A stretch of DNA of 64,000 nucleotides from Alphaproteobacteria bacterium. GTDB lineage: Bacteria > Pseudomonadota > Alphaproteobacteria > UBA7887. Where the stretch lies: assembly GCA_047517485.1 (NCBI GenBank), contig JAKZSU010000012.1:643-64642 (forward strand), read 5' to 3'. The position numbers and the translations under genes are program-made. How positions within the stretch are numbered: the first letter of the stretch is position 1; each line of letters begins with the position of its first letter. Below, one piece after another: positions 53,299 to 63,656 of this stretch. Under the pieces are notes generated by a model. It did not search any database. It saw only the letters and a program-made list of their open reading frames with translations, and was not told the DNA's origin.

Positions 53299-54615
53299 CT
53301 AGAATTCTACCGCCGCGCCGCTTGGCGTTCCGATTAACTCGTCGTCTTGCATGACCAGGTTTCCGCGAATGATGGTGGCGATCGGCCACCCCGTCACCTG
53401 GTCGCCCTCGAACGGGCTCCAGCCGCATTTGCTGGCCAGCCAGTCACCGGTAATCGTCCGCCGCGCCTTGAGATCGACCAGGGTGAGGTCCGCGTCATTG
53501 CCCGGCTTGATGCCGCCTTTTCGCCGCGCGCCATAGAGCCGCGCCGGCGCGGTGGAGATCAGCTCGACCAAGCGGTCGAGGCTCAGGCGGCCGGCATTGA
53601 CGTGATCGAGCATCTTTGGCAACAAGGTTTGCACCCCGGGCATGCCGGACGGGCTTTGCGGATACGGCAGCGCTTTTTCCTCCGCCGTATGCGGCGCGTG
53701 GTCGGAGCCGATGATATCGACCACGCCGTCACCGATGCCTTGCCAAAGCGCGTCGCGGTGCCGGGAGTCGCGGATCGGCGGGTTCATCTGCGCGAACGCG
53801 CCCAATCGATCGTAGCAGTCCGGCGCCGCAAGGCTCAGATGCTGGGGCGTGCACTCGACGCTCATCCATGAAGGCCGGTCGGCGAGCAGGGCGATCTCCT
53901 CGGCGGTGGTGATATGCAAGACATGCGCCGGCCGTCGCGTTTCGCGCACCAAGGCGATCAGCCGTTCGGTCGCCAACCGCGCGGTTTCGACATCGCGCCA
54001 ATGCTGGTGCTGGGCGACATCGCCGCCTTCGGCAACGCCGTGCCGCGCGATCAAGCGGTCTTCGTCCTCGGCATGGACGGCGACGCGCCGGGTCCCGTTT
54101 CTGAGCACGCGTTCCAAGGTTTCGTCATCGGGAACCAGCAGGTCGCCGGTCGAGGACCCCATGAAGATCTTGACCCCGCAGCAGCCGGGATCGGTCTCGA
54201 GCGCGCCCAGGGTATCGGCATTCTCCGCCGTCGCGCCGACAAAGAACGCGAAGTCGGTCCAGGCGCGGCCGGTCGCGCGGTCGATCTTGTCGGCCAAGGC
54301 GCTCGAATTGGTGGTTGAAGGCTTGGTATTGGGCATCTCGAAAACCGCGGTGACGCCACCCAAAGCCGCCGCCGCGGTGCCCGTCGCCAGGTCTTCCTTG
54401 TGCTCGTTGCCGGGCTCGCGAAAATGGACCTGGCTGTCTATGACCCCGGGCAGGACATGAAGACCATGGGCATCGATTTTTTGCGCGGCCTCGGCGTGCG
54501 ACAGATCGCCGATCTCGACGATTTGCCCGTTGCGGACGGCGATATCGGCGTGGTCATGGCCGGCCGCGGTTACCACGGTGCCGCCGCTGACAATAAGATT
54601 GAAAGCTTGCGCCAT
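53299..54615 (-). CDS. pyrC: dihydroorotase (cyclic amidohydrolase superfamily)
   Basis: HxH metal motif (DSQVHFREPG), a carboxylated-Lys region and DHAPH; 438 aa. Confidence 0.75.
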   Translation of the reverse strand: MAQAFNLIVSGGTVVTAAGHDHADIAVRNGQIVEIGDLSHAEAAQKIDAHGLHVLPGVIDSQVHFREPGNEHKEDLATGTAAAALGGVTAVFEMPNTKPSTTNSSALADKIDRATGRAWTDFAFFVGATAENADTLGALETDPGCCGVKIFMGSSTGDLLVPDDETLERVLRNGTRRVAVHAEDEDRLIARHGVAEGGDVAQHQHWRDVETARLATERLIALVRETRRPAHVLHITTAEEIALLADRPSWMSVECTPQHLSLAAPDCYDRLGAFAQMNPPIRDSRHRDALWQGIGDGVVDIIGSDHAPHTAEEKALPYPQSPSGMPGVQTLLPKMLDHVNAGRLSLDRLVELISTAPARLYGARRKGGIKPGNDADLTLVDLKARRTITGDWLASKCGWSPFEGDQVTGWPIATIIRGNLVMQDDELIGTPSGAAVEF

Positions 54616-54644
54616 GGTTCGCGCCTAGGTCACCGGAGACCGGC

Positions 54645-54887
54645 TCACGTGAACGCCTTGAACGCGATCGTCGTGAACGTGTCGGCGACACCGGCGACGG
54701 TCTGAATCCGCTCGTTCACGAAATGACCGAGGTCCTGGCCTTCGTCGAGATAGGCCTTGAGCAGCAAATCATACTGACCGGATGTCGAATAGACCTCGGA
54801 GACCTCGTCGACGTTCTGAACCAGATCGTCGGCGACGTCGTAGGCCTTGCCTAGCGCGCATTTCACCGACACGAATATTGTCTGCAT
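54645..54887 (-). CDS. stand-alone AsnC/Lrp-type ligand-binding (RAM) domain protein
   Basis: 80 aa, beta-alpha-beta-beta-alpha-beta RAM-like sequence (VYSTSGQYDLLLKAY...). Confidence 0.65.
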   Translation of the reverse strand: MQTIFVSVKCALGKAYDVADDLVQNVDEVSEVYSTSGQYDLLLKAYLDEGQDLGHFVNERIQTVAGVADTFTTIAFKAFT

Positions 54888-54955
54888 TGCCGCTCCCTCC
54901 CAAATCGACGCTTCGCCGGTTGGGGTGATAGCCGAGGGATGTCGCGGCTAACGGG

Positions 54956-56377
54956 TCAACCGATTGTGCGAGCTGGTTTTAGCATGAACGCGGGCACATG
55001 GTCTCCCATGCCGATCACGCGGCCTTTGTCTTTTGCCGGATCGGGTTGGCGCTTGCCTTGCCGATTTGGCCTGGCGTCGGACTTAGGCGGCTCGGTCTTA
55101 GGCGGCTCGGCCTTTGGCGCCTCGGCCTTGGCGGGTTCTGCCTTCGCCGGACCGACATTTTGTTTGGCCTTGGCCACCGCGATTTTGGGCTTGGCCGCGG
55201 TTCGCCGCGTGCGTCCCCGGGTCGGGGCGGCCTCGACGGTCTCGAGTGCCGCGGAGGCGAAGCTTTCTATCTCGATTTTGGGAATATCATGACCGATAAG
55301 CGCATTGATCGCGGAAACATACTTCGCGTCGGCTGGCGTGGCGATGGTGAACGCCCGGCCGGGGCGCCCCGCGCGGCCGGTTCGGCCGATGCGATGAACA
55401 TAGTCCTCGGCGTGCATCGGCACGTCGAAATTGAAGACGTGGCTGAGCCCCTGGATATCGAGCCCACGGCCGGCGACATCGGTCGCCACCAACACGGTCA
55501 CCTTGCCATCCTTGAACGCCTGCAAGGTCTCGGTTCGCGCCGGCTGCGACATATCGCCATGCAGTGCGGCGCTCGACAGGCCGTGTTTGCGCAGCGATTT
55601 GTCGAGGATGTCGACATCTTTTTTACGATTGCAGAATACCAAGGCATTCTCGACCGCCTCGCTTTTAATCAGCGACCGCAAGGCTTCCTGCTTCTTCCTG
55701 CTATCGACCACGGTGACCGCCTGGGTAACCGTGTCCGCTGTCGAGGCCGGCGGCGCGACGGCGATCTCCTTTGGCGAGCTGAGAAACTTGTCGGCCAGCC
55801 GCTTGATTTCCTTCGGCATGGTCGCCGAGAACATCAAGGTCTGTCGGATCGGCGATACCAGGCCGACGATGCGCTCGACATCGGGAATGAACCCCATATC
55901 GAGCATGCGATCGGACTCGTCGATAACCAGGATTTTGACCCCGGTCAACAGGATGTTACCGCGATCGAAAAGGTCGAGCATACGGCCCGGCGTGGCGATC
56001 AGCACATCGACGCCGCGATCGAGCAAGCGCCGCTGATCGACCATCGAGACACCGCCGATCAAAAGCGCCTTGGTGAGCTTGTGATATTTGCCGTAGGTTT
56101 CGAAATTATTGGCGATCTGGGTCGCCAGCTCTCGCGTCGGCGTAAGGATCAACGATCGCGGCATGCGCGCCCGCGCCCGCCCGGAGCTGAGAATTTCGAT
56201 CATCGGCAAAGTGAAGGACGCCGTCTTGCCGGTGCCGGTCTGGGCGCAACCAAGTACGTCGCGCCCCTGGAGCACGATCGGAATGGCTTGGCTTTGAATC
56301 GGGGTGGGCTCTCGGTATCCGGCGTCCGAGACAGCGCGCAGTGTATCGGAGCCTAGCCCCAGCGTATCAAAACTCAT
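54956..56377 (-). CDS. DEAD-box ATP-dependent RNA helicase (RhlE-like) with basic Lys/Ala/Pro-rich C-terminal tail
   Basis: Motifs I AQTGTGKT, Ia PTRELA, TPGR, II variant DESD, SAT, VI HRIGRTGRAG. The tail repeats AKAEPAKAEAPKAEPPK. Confidence 0.9.
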   Translation of the reverse strand: MSFDTLGLGSDTLRAVSDAGYREPTPIQSQAIPIVLQGRDVLGCAQTGTGKTASFTLPMIEILSSGRARARMPRSLILTPTRELATQIANNFETYGKYHKLTKALLIGGVSMVDQRRLLDRGVDVLIATPGRMLDLFDRGNILLTGVKILVIDESDRMLDMGFIPDVERIVGLVSPIRQTLMFSATMPKEIKRLADKFLSSPKEIAVAPPASTADTVTQAVTVVDSRKKQEALRSLIKSEAVENALVFCNRKKDVDILDKSLRKHGLSSAALHGDMSQPARTETLQAFKDGKVTVLVATDVAGRGLDIQGLSHVFNFDVPMHAEDYVHRIGRTGRAGRPGRAFTIATPADAKYVSAINALIGHDIPKIEIESFASAALETVEAAPTRGRTRRTAAKPKIAVAKAKQNVGPAKAEPAKAEAPKAEPPKTEPPKSDARPNRQGKRQPDPAKDKGRVIGMGDHVPAFMLKPARTIG

Positions 56378-56605
56378 GCAGTAGATATTGCCTGTATGTT
56401 GTCGGCGCCACGAAAAATTGAGAATTTACTTCGAGAAAAAAGGAAATACGTCGCAAGGCGGGAATATCGTTATAAAAGCGCAGAAAATCAACAAAGAAAC
56501 GAGTAAATCGAAACAAAAGAGCCTTTTTTTATGTCCAAATTACGACTTGGTGGCGAATGGTCACACTTTCTGGACACCCAAGGCGCGAACTAAATAAGGA
56601 AATCC
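56378..56605. promoter_or_regulatory. AT-rich divergent promoter / long 5'-leader region between the DEAD-box helicase and the alpha/beta hydrolase
   Basis: About 228 bp, markedly lower in GC than its surroundings (runs such as gaaaaaattgagaatttacttcgagaaaaaagg). Confidence 0.4.
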
Positions 56606-57304
56606 ATGGCGAATAAATTGATCCTTTGTCCAGGACTATTGTGCGATCCGGCACTTTGGCGCGCCCAAATCGATGGGCTGCAAGACTGTACGACCCTTCA
56701 TGTTGCCGATTTTACCACTGACGACTCGATCACTGCGATGGCCGAACGCGTTTTAGACGCGGCGCCGGATACATTTGCGCTGGCCGGACTGTCGATGGGT
56801 GGCTACGTCGCGCAAGAAATTGTCCGCCAGGCACCGGAACGAGTCAGCCGCTTGGCCTTGCTCGATACATCCGCCCGCGTTGACTCCGAAACCGTATCGC
56901 GTCGGCGACAAGATTTTATCGCGCTCGCCGGTCGTGGACGATTCCGCGGCGTAACACCGAAGCTGATGCCATTGCTGATCCACCCCGAACGCCTCGACGA
57001 CGCGGCTTTGACCGATGATATCCAGGCGATGGCCGAACGCGTCGGCGGCGATGCCTTCCTCCGCCAGCAAAAGGTAATTCAGGCGCGGGTCGATGGGCGT
57101 GAGGATCTTCGACGCATTAGGTGTCCGACATTGGTTCTCTGCGGGCGGGAGGACCAGTTGACGCCGCTTGATGCGCACATCGAAATGGCGGAGAACATCC
57201 CCGGCGCCGACTTGGTGGTCTTGGGGCGGTGCGGCCATATGTCAACCATGGAGCGGCCCGGCGATGTGACGGCGGCGCTAAGAAACTGGCTGCTGAGGAC
57301 CTAG
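56606..57304 (+). CDS. alpha/beta-fold hydrolase
   Basis: GLSMGG nucleophile elbow and a C-terminal GHM(S) motif; 232 aa. Confidence 0.8.
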   Translation: MANKLILCPGLLCDPALWRAQIDGLQDCTTLHVADFTTDDSITAMAERVLDAAPDTFALAGLSMGGYVAQEIVRQAPERVSRLALLDTSARVDSETVSRRRQDFIALAGRGRFRGVTPKLMPLLIHPERLDDAALTDDIQAMAERVGGDAFLRQQKVIQARVDGREDLRRIRCPTLVLCGREDQLTPLDAHIEMAENIPGADLVVLGRCGHMSTMERPGDVTAALRNWLLRT

Positions 57305-57315
57305 ATAATTTGGCT

Positions 57316-57846
57316 CTAGGGTGTCGGAGGACCGCGGTACAATCGCTCCGCCATTTGCTCGATGAGGCTGAGAAAGGTCGGATCATCGGGGCTGTCGACG
57401 TCTCCGACTGTGCCTTCCACGCGGGTTAACGCGGCGCCGCCGTGGCACACCGCCATGCGTACCTTGACCGTCCCGGGCGCCGCCGGGACGAGTTCCACGG
57501 GCTTAATGTCGAGACATTCGTATGCGGTTGGTCGTACCGCCGCGTCGAAGACCACTGAAAAATACGGCTCGTCCGGCACCACGCTGTCACTGTGTACCAG
57601 CAATGTCCGCTTGGCGCGGCGGCTCATCGATTCGGCGACCGCGGCGTCCACCGCCGACTGGGTCGAGTCGAACGGGTTTCCCCACACCAGGATTTGGAAG
57701 GGTTCGTCGGAGTGCCAATCGATCAGTTCGGGCCAGCGATCATGGTATTGCACATGGTTGTATACGATCGGAAGGCCGGCGCATCCCTGTGCCAAAATCC
57801 CAAACAGCGCGGCAACGATACCGGTTTGCCACGCGCCGAGGGTCAT
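57316..57846 (-). CDS. lipoprotein of unknown function, paralog A
   Basis: Lipobox-like ILAQGCAG. Shares VYNxxQYHDRWP, WGNPF and a Cys-containing C-terminal block with the next two genes. Confidence 0.5.
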   Translation of the reverse strand: MTLGAWQTGIVAALFGILAQGCAGLPIVYNHVQYHDRWPELIDWHSDEPFQILVWGNPFDSTQSAVDAAVAESMSRRAKRTLLVHSDSVVPDEPYFSVVFDAAVRPTAYECLDIKPVELVPAAPGTVKVRMAVCHGGAALTRVEGTVGDVDSPDDPTFLSLIEQMAERLYRGPPTP

Positions 57847-58427
57847 GATGGATCCGCGCCCTCGGTGCCGCTTGGATTGTGACCGGGCCGCACTTCAAAC
57901 ACTTTTATGGCGACTTGATATACCTGCTCGCGAAAACGCTCGTCATCTGGTCCGGTGACGCCGCTTACCCGCCCCTGCGCGCGGGTGAGGGCGGTGTCGC
58001 CGCGGCACAGCGCGGCATGAAGTTCGATGTTGCCGGTCGACCGCACGGGGGTGGCGGTGGCAAGGTCGCCGCAGGGCGCGCCGCCGGGTGATTTTGCCGG
58101 ATTAATCATGATGGCTAGACGGGGTGCGAGCGGGTCCGGATTGCCGGGTTCGGTTGAAAAACGATACCCGGGTCGGTTAAAGGCGATGGTGACCGCATCG
58201 AGGACGACCGCCACGGTTTCGCTTTTCTGTCCCGCAAACGGGTCGCCCCAGATTACCGCGAGATACTCCTGGCCTGGCGCGCCGGAAAAGAAATCCGGCC
58301 AGCGATCATGATAGACTTGGGCATTGTAAACCGTCGGCGCGCGCGCGTTGCACGCAGCGAGTAGCGCCGCGATCGCGGTAACGAAAAGCAGCGGAAACGA
58401 CCGTTTTCGACGTGCTGTGCTCATGAC
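57843..58427 (-). CDS. lipoprotein of unknown function, paralog B
   Basis: Signal plus lipobox (LLFVTAIAALLAAC). Motifs VYNAQVYHDRWP, IWGDPFAG, ALCRGDTALTRAQGRV. 4-bp overlap with paralog A. Confidence 0.55.
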   Translation of the reverse strand, partial: VMSTARRKRSFPLLFVTAIAALLAACNARAPTVYNAQVYHDRWPDFFSGAPGQEYLAVIWGDPFAGQKSETVAVVLDAVTIAFNRPGYRFSTEPGNPDPLAPRLAIMINPAKSPGGAPCGDLATATPVRSTGNIELHAALCRGDTALTRAQGRVSGVTGPDDERFREQVYQVAIKVFEVRPGHNPSGTEGADPS

Positions 58428-58524
58428 CAACGACCTCTGATTTGAACCGCCAAGGACAGGCCAAATCAAATCACAGCCGATGCACATTCGCCGGGCACAA
58501 CCCCGTGAGCAGCGCCGCCGGATA

Positions 58525-59058
58525 CTATGGCGCGTTCATCGGTCCCGCCTCGAACATCCTCAAGGCCATGTCGCGAATGAGCAGAACGAAGTCGCGATCC
58601 CCGGCGCCGCCGCTGCGCGGAATTCGGCCTTCGATGCTGACCAGGGGTGCGGTGCCGAAACAGAAAGCCATCATGGCGCGTACCGTCTTACTGCTCGGTG
58701 CCCACGGCATTCGGCCCGGTGCACGGCACAGCACCGCCGGTTTGGTGCCCACTGGCGGGTCGAAGGCGACGACCATGATCATGTTTCTCCGGACATTTTC
58801 GGTCGGTCGGGTGACAAAAGTGACGGAGGTGTTCGCAAAGGCGCTTTGTAGCCCGGCGCCGACGATATTGGCCAAGGTCTCGGGCGCCACGCCGAAGGGA
58901 TTGCCGGAAATGTGGGTGGCGATGTTCGACCCGGTTTGGCCGTCGGCATAGAGGTACCCGGAGGGGTCCGAGCGATGGGTGATCAGATTATAAATCCGCT
59001 CACCACCAACCGCGCATCCGGCGACCAACAGAAACGCGATCATGATCCTGTACCGCAT
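58525..59058 (-). CDS. lipoprotein of unknown function, paralog C
   Basis: Lipobox LLVAGCA. Motifs ISGNPFGV and AFCFGTAPLVSIEGRI, related to paralogs A and B. Confidence 0.5.
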   Translation of the reverse strand: MRYRIMIAFLLVAGCAVGGERIYNLITHRSDPSGYLYADGQTGSNIATHISGNPFGVAPETLANIVGAGLQSAFANTSVTFVTRPTENVRRNMIMVVAFDPPVGTKPAVLCRAPGRMPWAPSSKTVRAMMAFCFGTAPLVSIEGRIPRSGGAGDRDFVLLIRDMALRMFEAGPMNAP

Positions 59059-59075
59059 ATCGTGTGCCAACATAT

Positions 59076-61049
59076 TCAAATATCGAGCTCGTCGACATCG
59101 CCGCCATGTTCACGGATGAATTGCATGCGTTTTTCCGGATTGCGGCCCATCAAGTCCTCGACCCGTCGCGCCGTCGGTATTTCGCTGTCGGCGTCGATCC
59201 GGACCTGGAGCGAGGTCCGGGTCGCGTGCGCCATGGTGGTGGTTTTGAGCTGCGCCGGCGGCATTTCGCCAAGCCCCTTGAAGCGGCTGACATCGACTTT
59301 CGCATTGGCCTTGAATTCGGATTTGAGCAACTGTTCGAGGTCGGCGTCGTCGCGGGCGTAAATGGTCCGGGCACCGTGAGTGAGACGGTACAACGGCGGT
59401 TGCGCGATATAGAGATGCCCGCCGCGGATCAAATCCGGCATTTCGCGATAGAAAAATGTCATCAGCAGAGCCGCGATGTGGGCGCCGTCGACATCGGCAT
59501 CGGTCATGATGATAACGCGCTCGTAGCGCAATCTGTCTTCGCGATAGTGGCTGCCGGTGCCGCAGCCCAAAGCCTGGATCAGATCGCCGAGTTCCTTATT
59601 GCCCCGCAATTTGTCGGCCGTCGCCGATGCGACGTTGAGAATTTTGCCGCGCAGGGCGAGCACCGCCTGGTTTTCCCGCACTCGCGCTTGTTTCGCCGAC
59701 CCGCCGGCGGAATCGCCCTCGACCAAGAAGACTTCCGTGTCCTTCGCGTCACGCCGGGTACAATCGGCAAGCTTACCGGGCAGGCGCAATTTCCGGGTCG
59801 CGGACTGGCGCGCGACTTCGCGGTCCTGGCGTCGCCGCAAGCGCTCGTCCACCCGTTCCAGCACGTGGCTCAGAAGATCGTTCGCCGCGTCCGGGTCGTT
59901 TGCCAACCAGTGATCGAAATGATCCTTCAGCGTGGTTTCGACGAGGCGGGTGGCTTCGACGGTGGCGAGGCGGTCCTTGGTTTGCCCCTGAAACTGTGGA
60001 TCGTGGATGAAGACCGACAACAGGCCGCACGCGTCGGCCAGGAGATCATCCGCCGTTATCTGGCTCGCCCGCTTGTTCTTGGCGAGCTCTCCGTAACCGC
60101 GCAGGCCCTTGGTTAGCGCGCCGCGCAGGCCGGTCTCGTGAGTCCCGCCGTTTCGCGTCGGCACCGTATTGCAATAGGAATTGAGAAACGGGTCTCCGGC
60201 CCCCGATAGCCAGGTGATCGCCCATTCGACGCGGCCCGCGCCGCCGGTCAGCTTGGCCTCGCCGGTAAACGGCGTCGCGGTGACAGTGTCCGCCTTGTCC
60301 ACCGACGAGGCGAGAAAATCGACCAATCCGCCAGGGAAATGCAGCACCGCTTGGGCCGGCGTTTGGTCGTTTTCCCCGATCAGCGATGGGTCGCACAGCC
60401 AACGAATTTCAACGCCGCGGAACAAGTACGCTTTCGATCGCGCCATGCGGTGGAGGCTGGCCGGGCGGAACCGCGCGGCTTCGGGAAAAATCGTCCGGTC
60501 GGGCAGAAATCGGACCATCGTACCGCGCCGATTGTGCACCGGACCGGCATCCTCGAGCGCGCTTTTCGGCGCGCCGCGACGATAGGTCTGGCGCCACAGG
60601 CGGCGGTCGCGCGCGACTTCGACCGTAAGGCTTTCCGCCAGCGCGTTGACCACCGAGACACCCACGCCGTGCAACCCGCCGGACGTCTGGTACGATTTGC
60701 CGGAGAATTTTCCCCCCGAATGCAGCGTTGTCATAATCACTTCAAGCGCCGATTTCTTGCGAAATTTTGGGTGCGGGTCGATCGGGATGCCGCGCCCATT
60801 GTCGCGCACCGTGATCGCGCCGTCCGCATCGAGCTCGAGATCGATGAACGTCGCGTGTCCCGAGACCGCTTCGTCCATCGCGTTGTCGAGCAGTTCGGCG
60901 ACGAGATGATGCATCGCGGTCTCGTCGGTGCCGCCGATATACATGCTGGGGCGTCGGCGCACTGGTTCGAGGCCTTCGAGGACCTCGATATCCTTGGCGG
61001 TATAGTCGTCGGAAGCGGTCTCTGTCGCCGCTTGAAAAAGGTCGGGCAT
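59076..61049 (-). CDS. parE: DNA topoisomerase IV subunit B
   Basis: GHKL ATPase domain (VLEGLEPVRRRPSMYIGGTD, ELLDNAMDE) and TOPRIM. The ~657-aa length favours ParE over GyrB. Start taken at MPDLF. Confidence 0.85.
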   Translation of the reverse strand: MPDLFQAATETASDDYTAKDIEVLEGLEPVRRRPSMYIGGTDETAMHHLVAELLDNAMDEAVSGHATFIDLELDADGAITVRDNGRGIPIDPHPKFRKKSALEVIMTTLHSGGKFSGKSYQTSGGLHGVGVSVVNALAESLTVEVARDRRLWRQTYRRGAPKSALEDAGPVHNRRGTMVRFLPDRTIFPEAARFRPASLHRMARSKAYLFRGVEIRWLCDPSLIGENDQTPAQAVLHFPGGLVDFLASSVDKADTVTATPFTGEAKLTGGAGRVEWAITWLSGAGDPFLNSYCNTVPTRNGGTHETGLRGALTKGLRGYGELAKNKRASQITADDLLADACGLLSVFIHDPQFQGQTKDRLATVEATRLVETTLKDHFDHWLANDPDAANDLLSHVLERVDERLRRRQDREVARQSATRKLRLPGKLADCTRRDAKDTEVFLVEGDSAGGSAKQARVRENQAVLALRGKILNVASATADKLRGNKELGDLIQALGCGTGSHYREDRLRYERVIIMTDADVDGAHIAALLMTFFYREMPDLIRGGHLYIAQPPLYRLTHGARTIYARDDADLEQLLKSEFKANAKVDVSRFKGLGEMPPAQLKTTTMAHATRTSLQVRIDADSEIPTARRVEDLMGRNPEKRMQFIREHGGDVDELDI

Positions 61050-61240
61050 GGGTCTCGAACTGTGTTTTGCGGTCGTGCGGCGATCCGCCGCGCGATCAAT
61101 CATATGGTAGTCGGTGGCGTCTTGGAAACAACATCTTGTGCCGAATCCCTATGATGATCGGAAATCGACGCAAATTCGCCGGGATCGTTCTTAACGAGAT
61201 TGGTGGCCCGGCCCGGTTGACTATACTTGGCGATGGTTGG

Positions 61241-61279
61241 GAAAAAATAAAGGCCCGCCGGTCGATCCCGGCGGGCCTT
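61241..61279 (-). terminator. rho-independent terminator downstream of glnA
   Basis: A perfect 11-12 bp GC-rich stem (aggcccgccgg / ccggcgggcct) with a 6-nt loop, followed on the minus strand by TTATTTTTT. Confidence 0.65.
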
Positions 61280-61304
61280 CTTTCGGCGTGGTGATCTCGC
61301 GACC

Positions 61305-62720
61305 CTAGACCGAATAATACATGTCGAACTCGATCGGATGCGGCGCTTGCTCGAAACGGATCAGCTCTTCTCGCTTGAGATCGAGATAGGCCGCGATCTG
61401 CTCCCCGGTGAACACGTCGCCGGCGGTGAGAAAATCATTGTCGTCTTCCAGGGCGCCGATCGCTTCGCCGAGCGATCCGCACACCACCGGCACGCCCTCG
61501 AGCTCTTCCGGCGGCAAATCGTAGAGATCCTTGTCGATCGCCTCGCCCGGGTCGATGCGGTTCTGGATGCCGTCGAGGCCGGCCATCATCATCGCCGAGA
61601 ACGCGAGATAGGGGTTTGCCGCCGTATCCGGGAAGCGGACTTCGACGCGCTTGGCCTTCGGGCTCGCGCCATAGGGAATACGGCATGCCGCCGAGCGGTT
61701 GCGCGCCGAATAGGCGAGCAGCACCGGCGCCTCGAAGCCCATGACCAGGCGTTTGTAGCTGTTGGTCGTAGGGTTGGTGAAGGCGTTCAAGGCGCGCGCA
61801 TGTTTGATGATGCCGCCGATGTAATGCAGCGCCGAGTCGGACAAGTCGGCATACCCGGTGCCGGCGAACAGCGGCGAGCCGTCCTTCCAGATCGATTGAT
61901 GCACATGCATGCCGGAGCCATTGTCGTCGAACACCGGCTTGGGCATGAAAGTCGCGGTCTTGCCGTAGGAGTGCGCGACCTGGTGCACGCAATACTTATA
62001 GATCTGCACCATGTCGGCGCAATCGACCAGCGGCGCGAAAGCGAAGCCGAGTTCGTTCTGACTCGGCGCGACTTCATGATGGTGCTTCTCCATCGCCAAG
62101 CCCATTTCGAGCATCGCACTGACCATCTCGGCGCGCAGGTCCTGCATCGAGTCGACGGGGGCGACCGGAAAATAGCCGCCCTTGGGACCCGGGCGGTGAC
62201 CGATATTGCCGCCTTCCATCTCGGCCCCGGAATTGTACGGGCCTTCCTCGGAATCGATGCTGTACATCGTCTCGTTTTGCGACACTTTCCAGCGCACGTC
62301 GTCGAACACGAAGAACTCGGGCTCGGGCCCGAAATAGGCGGTGTCGCCAATGCCGCAGGACTTCAAATAGGTTTCCGCCTTGACCGCGGTCGAGCGCGGG
62401 TCGCGCGAATAGGGCTGACCGGTCAACGGTTCCAGCACGTCGCACACCAGGATTAAGGTCGGTTGCGCGGTGAACGGATCCATCACCGCGCTTGCCAGGT
62501 CGGGCTTGAGGTTCATGTCGGACTCGTTGATCGCCTTCCAGCCGGCGATCGAGGAGCCGTCGAACATGATCCCGTCCTCGAGCAAGTCCTCGTCGACGGA
62601 TTCCGTGGTCTGCGCGGTATGCTGCCATTTGCCGCGCGGGTCGGTGAAACGGAAGTCGACATACGCGACCTCGTTGTCCTTCATCATTTCGAGGACTGTC
62701 TTGGCATCGGACATGGTCAA
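61305..62720 (-). CDS. glnA: glutamine synthetase type I
   Basis: GSI signatures throughout (FDGSSI, ...GPEPEFF..., NGSGMHVH, adenylylation-site region NPY). 471 aa. Confidence 0.95.
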   Translation of the reverse strand: MTMSDAKTVLEMMKDNEVAYVDFRFTDPRGKWQHTAQTTESVDEDLLEDGIMFDGSSIAGWKAINESDMNLKPDLASAVMDPFTAQPTLILVCDVLEPLTGQPYSRDPRSTAVKAETYLKSCGIGDTAYFGPEPEFFVFDDVRWKVSQNETMYSIDSEEGPYNSGAEMEGGNIGHRPGPKGGYFPVAPVDSMQDLRAEMVSAMLEMGLAMEKHHHEVAPSQNELGFAFAPLVDCADMVQIYKYCVHQVAHSYGKTATFMPKPVFDDNGSGMHVHQSIWKDGSPLFAGTGYADLSDSALHYIGGIIKHARALNAFTNPTTNSYKRLVMGFEAPVLLAYSARNRSAACRIPYGASPKAKRVEVRFPDTAANPYLAFSAMMMAGLDGIQNRIDPGEAIDKDLYDLPPEELEGVPVVCGSLGEAIGALEDDNDFLTAGDVFTGEQIAAYLDLKREELIRFEQAPHPIEFDMYYSV

Positions 62721-62917
62721 TTCTTCCTGCTTTGTTGCTTTACTACCGTGGTGCTCGAACGCCGGTCTCGGATAGCGGACCGACCGCCTAGCCGTCGGCC
62801 AGCGCGCTTGCTAGCCTAGGTCGACGGATCGCGCCTGGATTTGGTGTCGCGAATTCGTCTCGGTCGGTTTGATCGCTTGCCCCCTTGTTGCGCCGTCGTC
62901 TGTCGCGCGAGGCCACG

Positions 62918-63576
<659 letters not shown>

Positions 63577-63656
63577 TTAAATCAATACGTTGCGGAAGAT
63601 TTGCGTTTTGCGATTTTCGCCATGGTCGCACATTGATCGTGAATTCGCGGCGGTCG

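Noticed and set aside
55040-55150. Short tandem repeats that might suggest a CRISPR or VNTR array
   Set aside because: They lie inside the DEAD-box helicase reading frame, encode its basic tail, and lack the repeat-spacer regularity of CRISPR arrays. No CRISPR array was found anywhere in the window.
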